DNA of 24,098 bases, taken from the IMG/VR virus record IMGVR_UViG_3300030328_001736, positions 1 through 24,098 of that record; one strand, given 5' to 3'. The stretch is from a virus. Its lineage: Duplodnaviria; Caudoviricetes. This document shows, in pieces, positions 15,101 through 20,088 of this stretch (positions within the stretch are counted from its first letter, which is position 1; each line of letters starts with the position of its first letter). Below the pieces are notes generated by a model. That model had not been told where the DNA came from and searched no databases. It saw only the letters and a program-made list of their open reading frames with translations. Position numbers and translations under genes: made by a program.

Positions 15101-17168
15101 TTTTTACACCCTCCATTAAAGATTCAAATGGGTCTATATTTTCAGAACCTGCTTCCTTATCTGATTCACGATTGTTTTTAATGTCTTTTTCAACACCGTT
15201 CTCTTTTCCTTTATTTGTTATAGCATCTAAAGCAGCTTGTTCTGAAGCTGTTAAATCTTTTTTAGACCTTAACTTACTTAATGCTGCTACTTTATGTGCG
15301 TGAGATAAATTTAATATATTAAAAATATCTTGAGGACCTACGTCCCCACCTTTTTCCTCTATCTTAGCTTTAATTTTTTTATACGCTTTAAAGCTATCTC
15401 CCATGTTTACCAATTCTGGTGTTATCATAGATGATATCTCTTTTTCTAGAGCTTCTAGTTCTTTTGTTGAGAGTTCATTAATAAGCTTTCCATGATACTT
15501 TTCCGATATTCCTTTATTAGCAGGAACTTTATAGTTAGGATTAAATATGTTTTTAGAAACAAGAGTACCCTGGTCTAACACTGTAGACTTTGTTTCCCCT
15601 ACTCTCTTTAAACGAATTTCTCCATTTTTAGTAACAGAAGAAACTTTTGCTAGAACAGGGACTCCTGTAGCAGAGTCAAAAGCTTCTATAGTATCACCCT
15701 TTTTTACATTTTCTATATCTACGTCAGGTCTAGATTTAACTCTATCTAAATCCATCTGAGAAACCTGTTCTGCTGTAATCTTTACTTTGCCTTTTATTTT
15801 AGCGTTATTGTCTAAAGCTTGTTTAATAGCTTCTCTTTTAGTTAAAACTTTTTGTCCCTTCTTACCTTTTCCCTGTAAAACAGATGAAAGTGAGCTGAAA
15901 AAAGTATCTACTAAATCTTCAGGTCTATTGGTCATTGTTTCTAGTATATAGTCAGCTTGAAATGTTTCTAGATATTCTTGTGTTTGTTTAGATTCCTTAT
16001 CAAATCCCTCTATTTTCTTAATTTCATTAGGCTCCCATACAAAATTGCCATCTTTGTCTTTTTTAAACTTATTGATTTTATCCATATTCTTACCAATAAA
16101 TTGAGTAGCTTTAATTTCATGTACAGGTCTACCAGCTGCCCCGAAAAAGAATCCTAATAAATATTCATATACTTGGTCTGGAGTAGAAGCTTCTTGAAGT
16201 GTTGATTGACCTCCAGTAAAGGCTGCACCCATAGTACCTCTTACACCCATATCAATCATCGTAGCAGTATCTTTAGATATTCCACCTTCTAACTTTGCTA
16301 CGTTTAAATCTTTAAATATTTTATCGGCAGCTTCTCTAATTTTTGCATGACCAAAGTTTATTTTAGCTGGGTTTTTAGATGCTATTGCTTTACCGATGTT
16401 TACATAGTTACTTATACCACCAAACACAGCCCCTGCTGCTGCACCGTGAATAGCTGCTTGAGCCCAACCCTCTGGGCCTTCTTTTCTAGAAGATACAGCC
16501 ATAGCCATACTTAAATGAGCACTCTGCTCCATTATATTTAAAAACTTAGGGTCTAAGCCAGATACTTTTTTACCAATAAAACTATTTCGAAGAACTTCTG
16601 AACTACCTAATTTATTTTTACCTTGCGCTATTACCCAATCTGCAGCTTTCATAGGGACTGAACGTAATTGCATTTTTCCATTTCTTTCAGTTGCTAAGAT
16701 AGGAATTTTCTTACCTCCATAGACTAAAGCATCCTCTACTTTTCTAGCAGCAGCTAACCTTGCTGCTCTGAATGCACCTTGTTTAGCAGCAGAAGCACCT
16801 AGTGATGTACCAAATGTAAAAAACCCTGCAATAATATCTGGAGCAAAACCAATAAGATGACCAATTTTGTTCATCATAGCTTCTGTTTGAGTTTTAGGGT
16901 CGTCTGCCCATCCGAAAGTAGTAAAACCTTCTACTACACCACTTGTAAGTTGATTTATAGCACCTACAATTTTATTTTCATCATCTTCTAAGTCACGCTT
17001 AAATTCTACACCTTGAGCTTTTGCAAAGCTTTCCATTTGCCCAACTTGTTCTTCGGTAAAAGTGCTTGGATTTTTTTGATACTCAGACATAGAAAGGTTG
17101 AAGTAAGATTGTTCGTCCATCAGCCCCTTATCTCTAAGGCTAGAGTAATATGCAAACTTAGTACTCAT
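6174..17168 (-). CDS. Giant internal virion (ejection) protein containing a single-chain two-barrel RNA polymerase (putative virion RNAP)
   Basis: 3664 aa. Ordered motifs NPDG (D1051), NKS (K1099), ESGRK (K1128), IVIRNP (R1434), KLGGADYDGD (D1474-D1478), NIGKVTN (G1558) and NLTLDGMK (D1641). Gly/Ala-rich hydrophobic N-terminal helices, a C-terminal SQYVY...GRVMTRFHPY ejection-protein-like region, and a position as last gene of the virion operon. Confidence 0.85.
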   Translation of the reverse strand: MSTKFAYYSSLRDKGLMDEQSYFNLSMSEYQKNPSTFTEEQVGQMESFAKAQGVEFKRDLEDDENKIVGAINQLTSGVVEGFTTFGWADDPKTQTEAMMNKIGHLIGFAPDIIAGFFTFGTSLGASAAKQGAFRAARLAAARKVEDALVYGGKKIPILATERNGKMQLRSVPMKAADWVIAQGKNKLGSSEVLRNSFIGKKVSGLDPKFLNIMEQSAHLSMAMAVSSRKEGPEGWAQAAIHGAAAGAVFGGISNYVNIGKAIASKNPAKINFGHAKIREAADKIFKDLNVAKLEGGISKDTATMIDMGVRGTMGAAFTGGQSTLQEASTPDQVYEYLLGFFFGAAGRPVHEIKATQFIGKNMDKINKFKKDKDGNFVWEPNEIKKIEGFDKESKQTQEYLETFQADYILETMTNRPEDLVDTFFSSLSSVLQGKGKKGQKVLTKREAIKQALDNNAKIKGKVKITAEQVSQMDLDRVKSRPDVDIENVKKGDTIEAFDSATGVPVLAKVSSVTKNGEIRLKRVGETKSTVLDQGTLVSKNIFNPNYKVPANKGISEKYHGKLINELSTKELEALEKEISSMITPELVNMGDSFKAYKKIKAKIEEKGGDVGPQDIFNILNLSHAHKVAALSKLRSKKDLTASEQAALDAITNKGKENGVEKDIKNNRESDKEAGSENIDPFESLMEGVKKDFPDLNARLSDKYQVYKSAAKNARNFEEYLKAVQAINKEIGFNPEKAYSKSKLKAYRTKLIKDWNANSQKIIKQGLTIEVVKEGWKTKDIKIKITRSVDDVGKPLKSETTIDYYNKFYNKKDGLFEISIEYAEQTGTAKLQGEIKMDSFLPRQEAWQAIGPYADIGKAIYDSGAIIMQRGGVDIVQHNPYLHHTNPKTQQAKIRSLAQKDKAAEGGEVPKPIRKDLKDWLKADKDFRKYLTNYKTRFGTDETHYKSNNERFYNELLSNVIYELRDAGLISLSNADINLKTVKRAFDKYVKDGMNSYSSIAKYMQYRKVFDNPQARALEIKYGKNGKLNTLIVNDSSELFQNAFNSGEINPDGVKFYRWKLHDAILKNQGRDGDRSNDYIKDILIQAPDFANRRGLLLNKSAAQRPDKELNAFMEAKNIDVIIMESGRKSNSRHPMVQLDYKNGIYSSKNSLRNSIFEIDQESIRLIDSEYDVMDSSLGFEFMPVQSILKRNMNMGKPLNDAITKMIEESRRGDKSYMEDYSKALVDYQVSLLADPNARLKVNNKSLDINRVDIETILDVMNNQINSPLAKEFMEAMFRDHKNIRNEISDSAGDALDISVKGVNELLAGFNYDPIVLTLGNNMSLFEASFRKHIINRLTRPRSNSAFSFTRMKALTPSVAKMLGKDLKDNNFYLYEGHRDKKITFRNEYKGDTAPKTLGEAFELYQTLSKQSPTKNKTEIMNQIKEEILDMIVIRNPVSAPSGINSLTLGGFIEGSQGRGIIVSRKTAEKLGGADYDGDAVAIYNNVPKDFKKGFADPKVADGLDALIKGGGLTDAGHNVGWGFEQRVKGREAGIKDVFNPQERLEQAVSNAMVSKNIGKVTNFNQDIHDYMNYVTQSGEKGWRLDLDGNMFLKTKKVHERVNSKGEKIKNNRSGKKEWTAQDHLDYFNDYAAPLLLNLTLDGMKNSKNPDLVHLKQQVFNEHFEITNAKGEVLMLATPENKARKDGHLAILPYLRSNKKQLDLDALTSQRINKKIKDKDGNEQILDLDWAHKQKNPENEQSNWLSERFFPSKGTDARLSTILRSDMYHGKVFSVKAYINALTPVEWIMAKMQDRTVETMTEAMAKRLLDGKSVKIWSVDVLDKSKKVQRDYTLTDKDKKSMEKQKGTTPTRDIEFKGLNDKGELTGRLLDGLQQEVTIPRKDIIHLDIEHTFFNALEARKDFKSAVNPKAKGQHLNEIGDKGDIFLTQMTKDSGVADVYLNDSLTDIANGLRIGMFREASMHINPEIFPSSNLPTLFSNLLKGLKNSKNSPVLSKLRENGVLSPEVESWIKITELIEQSGMSTDKAVEVFNMIDSIAPDLMNAAQKSQAIAYQAASAASAIRLELMASRLLDQGKKGNLIDEGFSKKQIEDKLTEIINTSWMIKASDLAKSKSGKELPQNDFNIHEAIKRYKEDYLPYMGEKRLKNKKHIDAFEEIFSHMMLSNISAGKQKIESFYKNMNQELNFGFGKESESPLGKLDLTSRKVKVFNRDTQKNEYKTLPEAMEMYAKQPNHIENRLNELKAMMNNGRLSSNNASAVDVFKRLISSTRMTMLERPNLLKSDSIPLIHKQNFMKGLRDMVDYGMVKNLKSPEGREAIVIEVDRTPIEFESAVKKALKGADSSLFIPRDVRISKEQIVNNVSYDKNGKPIIKKVSKPDPKKEVFITDAEGIDFVAAVIKNQKSNISLNQNIKDSIVSYVNQLSPEQRVKWLDRKGSTPLNIVDLTRDIDLSNSVINEVQLEQLKRFIDIVDKNPRIAETVEGLFAQFGVDIGITGRPYVGKTIQLMNGNDLRMFNNMLEDLYLKPTNMYQKFKKWTTERRIKVEKGKKIERPKNWLDKAYFYFFTEHVGKKYLEPREMLEHQVQEQIIEDVIEGKVVIGKRTYVAPTNSIELVRRQVDESRKFSAAFQDFFQKDLKERFRELDVEGPLKDYMDEMMEIAVDYRVYDNGEFGGRKNFYKKESRDMFEESFNRSKKRLEEITKEHSTFEIKDIASGAGKRKNITPEDLVKLLNNKITDTYQMFVDQLITKGMELDSNGKEYKFTKKTLDDVMHTYTDKDGNRYQFIDYKKINKRYKTQQHGITDIVEALMAPKGSKKSGNLIGMNELLMYRYEYELLNYVKEKFPEFDPAREATHTKEILNFVKSFRKALPMESSLMSLITKNGKADPYWHFQGHLDFSKNRTNIDAWIERSIKSEQVNISKMSKEQFGRKYRVLLDGEVINPETKRVWTIHEVRKLMLSDYAKGLGQSLQRFQQEGAGWSDSMATFVQGHRPAIGGTRVGAQMARSQNVMPGYAKSKDVLEIYAKNMTKAYTDNLAGLRGTMVIDKFIETNAIKDIDHTMAWSNWMRDQLQTMLNLPTFRSLDINGIKKSEVKVLNDFINLKLEKKDKLPYKHRRFLQLVEDHIAPDYHWYETVGRELKGKELRDAIQEYRMERAIELSNSKNINKIKRFGTLYNFTSDESAVNFLRTQEERIGRLFGYEQGQFSMFKELRGPKTAEKGPGGIEIKVSEEARRIALARKVKAWSNLEGKFEMLSLLFHPKTMLANFYGGGTNIYADTGWEHFKNSMSEKYLLNEVFGDATFKHSFINPKTGKRKTENRPFNNMRDIEAWLAKEGMLEGMYLEEAGINKNFQTANQRKFAKEVIKKIFGRINENPDLANNASELEKVRNGTILELAEKYNIDDAVMKFGSYFMRTSEIKLRRTAALAHYLNARRAFEPLTSELAFDSPVLLEVARRGIIASQYVYHSAFRTAYSNTSLGRVMTRFHPYAWNSVKRRRHLYKQGKYSDWFNQTNATEVAQRQLTADMMSMAMAVIYAGTLFEYALSPPMSWMQDTSQWLFGDAQDRERAFFSQWPTTAAAPLQIVTPPIARFVLPPLKSLMTNDWDNFVQFNLATYAPGGRMIRDIYRTQKNPEMAVDFLTGIPIHRIGQKVKKDRAERIAQNEEIEE

Positions 17169-17170
17169 TT

Positions 17171-17875
17171 TTATCTACCTAAACTATCTAAATATGCTTT
17201 ATATGCTTCTATGTTGTTTACATAGTCATTATAAGTAGAGCGTGTAGTAGCGTCTTTAGTACCTCTTCTTTTTTGCATTTTATCAGTAATCCAGCTATCT
17301 TTACTAAATTTACTATGCAAATAATTTACCTCTTCTTTTAAAGCTGCAATTCTTTCTGCATCTTTACCTGTAATTCTACCGCCATACTTAGCTTTTCCTG
17401 CTTCAAATCGTTTCAAATTAGCCATCTCGTTTTGCAATATAGTCATTTTCTCGCCTAAGGTAGTCATCATCTCACCTTCCATAGTTTGATGTTTAAACTT
17501 TTTAATACCAAATAACCAGCCCAAGTGCTGACCTGGCTCAACGTCCTTATTAAAAAACCCTTTAGTTGTTTCAAAGTCTGAAGCTGATTTTACTAAGCCA
17601 GCAGATGTAGCATCTGACGCACTATATTGTTCAGCAAATTCCATTTCAGCTATCATAGCTCTATGCTTAATGTCTCTAAGAGCTTTATCTGCACCATACA
17701 TAGCTTCTTCTTTTAAGTTATGCGAAAATAAAGCACGTTTTTTAAAATCATTAAAAGCTTCTTCTCTTTTCTCGGATGGAGTTTCTTTAGTGATTTCATC
17801 TATAAGACCTCTCCCAGAGCGAGCCATCTTAGTAAACGCCTCCATTCTTAAAGTTTGTAAATCCTTACTTGCCAT
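17171..17875 (-). CDS. Putative internal virion/ejection protein, 234 aa
   Basis: Helical charged protein with AGGAG SD, lying between the pilot-like protein and the giant protein. The call rests on synteny only. Confidence 0.5.
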   Translation of the reverse strand: MASKDLQTLRMEAFTKMARSGRGLIDEITKETPSEKREEAFNDFKKRALFSHNLKEEAMYGADKALRDIKHRAMIAEMEFAEQYSASDATSAGLVKSASDFETTKGFFNKDVEPGQHLGWLFGIKKFKHQTMEGEMMTTLGEKMTILQNEMANLKRFEAGKAKYGGRITGKDAERIAALKEEVNYLHSKFSKDSWITDKMQKRRGTKDATTRSTYNDYVNNIEAYKAYLDSLGR

Positions 17876-17883
17876 AATATCTC

Positions 17884-18447
17884 CTATACATATTTCATGT
17901 TGTTAGTGTTTAAATCTACTTCAGGTGTGTAAATACCTTCTTTAGCATATGCAGCTCTTAAATCGTCAACAGAAGCTTGAGCTCTATTTAACTCAGACCC
18001 TAACTGATTTTGAGTTTGATCTACATATTGTCGTGTTTGTAATGCTTGTGAGCCTAATTGCATTCCTAATAAACCTTGCATTTGACCTCTAGCTCTATTT
18101 TCTCCACCGAAAACCAAATTAGATTGGCCTCCACCTTCTATTTTAGATAAAGCGTTTTCATAAATTCTTTGACCAGTAAGATTTCCAGAATCTCTATAAA
18201 AATCTGCTGTACTTCTATACTCTTGAGTAATTTCTGGTATTTCAGCACGAACTTGTTGTACATCTGATTCATACTGCTTCATCAATCTAGCTCTTCTTCT
18301 TTTTTCCGCCTTACGAGACTTGAAGAAACTTATTCCTCCCATTATAATTCCTGCACCAATCACATAAGGATTGGCCTTCCCTCCAGAGTCCATTAAAAAC
18401 TTAGCTGCATTAGTTTTCCAGTTACCGCCACTATCGTTATCACTCAT
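17884..18447 (-). CDS. Putative DNA ejection/pilot protein (P22 gp7 / T7 gp14-like architecture)
   Basis: N-terminal Gly-rich hydrophobic segment NPYVIGAGIIMGGISFF, followed by basic KSRKAEKRRRAR and a Q/G-rich coiled coil. AGGAGG SD and TAATG overlap. Confidence 0.6.
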   Translation of the reverse strand: MSDNDSGGNWKTNAAKFLMDSGGKANPYVIGAGIIMGGISFFKSRKAEKRRRARLMKQYESDVQQVRAEIPEITQEYRSTADFYRDSGNLTGQRIYENALSKIEGGGQSNLVFGGENRARGQMQGLLGMQLGSQALQTRQYVDQTQNQLGSELNRAQASVDDLRAAYAKEGIYTPEVDLNTNNMKYV

Positions 18448-19172
18448 TAGTATCCTCCTTTATTTTTTTCGTCATTAGAACCTGGCTCTAAACCGAACAT
18501 TAATTGTAACGTTCTTGCAAAGCCCTGAAAACCAACTAATTGCTTTCCTACTTGGTCTGAAACGACCTGATTTGTTTCCATCATTGTTTTTTCCATTGTT
18601 TCATTTTTATAGTGCAAGCTACTTTTGTATGTCGCTTCTCTATCTACGTCATAAACTTCTCCAAATATCTTATTGGTTCTATTTACTGTTGCTTCGTCTG
18701 GTCCTTTTTCTCCAGCCATATGATGTAATTTATAATATGCGTCCATAGCACCTTGCTTATCACCCTTCATTACTTCTCTCATATACTTATCGCTACCATC
18801 TTTTTCTAACATATCAGCCATAAAGACTAACTGTTGCTGTTGAGGTGTTAACTGGCTAGCGTCTAAATGTTTATAAGCTTCTTCCATCCAAGGCTCTGAA
18901 CCTTGTCTTCTCTTAAGTCTATTTAGAGCAGTTTTTAAGGATTGTGGTTTAAATTGAAACCCTCCCTTTGCTTGGTCGTCTCCAGTATAGTTTTTGTTTT
19001 TAATACTCCAGTTTTGGGGATTGCTAACAGCAGAGCTTTCAAGCTCTAGAACAGCGGGCATAAATACATCTGCTAAATTATGCCTCGCTCTGTCTTTATC
19101 GTCTATTTCCAACCTATCTAAATGAAAATCTATCAATTCAGCCATTTTTGTTTTCTTTTTTTCTTGTATCAT
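18447..19172 (-). CDS. Virion-associated lytic transglycosylase (SLT / lysozyme-like fold)
   Basis: Catalytic LESS (Glu at 19038-19040) followed by AKGGFQF, then LTPQQQ and AMDAYY. Start reassigned to ATG 19172 (ATGA overlap, GGAG SD). Confidence 0.7.
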   Translation of the reverse strand: MIQEKKKTKMAELIDFHLDRLEIDDKDRARHNLADVFMPAVLELESSAVSNPQNWSIKNKNYTGDDQAKGGFQFKPQSLKTALNRLKRRQGSEPWMEEAYKHLDASQLTPQQQQLVFMADMLEKDGSDKYMREVMKGDKQGAMDAYYKLHHMAGEKGPDEATVNRTNKIFGEVYDVDREATYKSSLHYKNETMEKTMMETNQVVSDQVGKQLVGFQGFARTLQLMFGLEPGSNDEKNKGGY

Positions 19173-19861
19173 TGCTCTTCTCCTTCTCCTATCCATACAT
19201 AGCCATGCCCTGTTTTCCATTCATAATTAGGGTCATATCCATAAGGTCTTTGTGATCGAAAGAAATCTTTTGTCATAGCCAATAAAGACTTTCTCTCATC
19301 TCTCGATTGATAGCTTACTGGTCCTTGCCCAGTTACTGCAAAGCTTACTAAATCATTTACATTTTCTTGTGTTGGTGTAAAAATAGATAAATCTAAAGTA
19401 TTCCTTGTGCTTGAATAGCTAGTTGGACCTGTTCCTTGTGAACTAGTTACTATATTACTTGCAGCTGGATTTGATCCTACTGACAATTTTCTAAGACGCT
19501 CTTGTTCAGCAAGTTGCTCTGGTGTTAATGGAAGAGGGTCCCACGCATCAAAATTGTCTAAACCAGTCTCCTCAATTGTTAGGTCGTCTGCTAAGTCATC
19601 ATCTTCTGAAGTTATTCCATCTAAATTGTCAGGTCTTTTAGGTGGATTTTTTTGTAGTTCACTCGTATAATAATCCTGTGCGGATTCTTTAATCTTTTTC
19701 CATCCACCATATACTTCTTTTGTAGTGTCTGCCATATGCCCAAACATTTTTCTTCTCTGCACTACTGGGTCATTAAATGCTTGAGTTTCAGAATATGCAT
19801 CCTCTATTAAGCCCATATTTTTTCTATTTGCAGCTAATAAGCTGTGCTTTCTTGTTGCCAT
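19169..19861 (-). CDS. Hypothetical protein, probably internal virion, with a low-complexity acidic/Ser-Thr middle
   Basis: 230-aa ORF translationally coupled on both sides (TAATG and ATGA). Confidence 0.6.
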   Translation of the reverse strand: MATRKHSLLAANRKNMGLIEDAYSETQAFNDPVVQRRKMFGHMADTTKEVYGGWKKIKESAQDYYTSELQKNPPKRPDNLDGITSEDDDLADDLTIEETGLDNFDAWDPLPLTPEQLAEQERLRKLSVGSNPAASNIVTSSQGTGPTSYSSTRNTLDLSIFTPTQENVNDLVSFAVTGQGPVSYQSRDERKSLLAMTKDFFRSQRPYGYDPNYEWKTGHGYVWIGEGEEQ

Positions 19862-20088
19862 TATGCTTTCTCCAATTCAATTTTATACCATTCACTTTTA
19901 ATCTTTATATACTGATATACCTTTCCAGAAGTTTCTACTAGCTTTACATCACCACTAGCACCTTGAGAGCTATTAGGTGGAGTAAGTTCTATTTTTTTAT
20001 GAGAAGACATTTGATGTCTTACTTCTCTTTTGTCCATATCCATTTCATCTTGCATATCTGCTATTGCTTCTAGTAGCTTCCTGTTCAT
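19861..20088 (-). CDS. Small virion-operon protein, 75 aa
   Basis: ATGA overlap with the nozzle gene. The C-terminus is beta-rich (GDVKLV...YQYIKIKSEWYKI). Confidence 0.65.
   Translation of the reverse strand: MNRKLLEAIADMQDEMDMDKREVRHQMSSHKKIELTPPNSSQGASGDVKLVETSGKVYQYIKIKSEWYKIELEKA

Noticed and set aside
6174-17168. Zincin protease (HExxH), intein or split-gene architecture as in some crAss-like vRNAP loci
   Set aside because: The HE dipeptides I found (HEIKA, HERVN, HEAIK, HEVRK) lack the second His. I saw no intein or homing endonuclease motifs, and the frame is uninterrupted.
7852-17225. Short + strand ORFs inside the giant gene (7852, 9499, 9969, 10834, 11701, 15064, 15547, 17013)
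   Set aside because: Antisense shadows of a long coding frame, with F/L/S/I-rich composition and no convincing SD or operon context.
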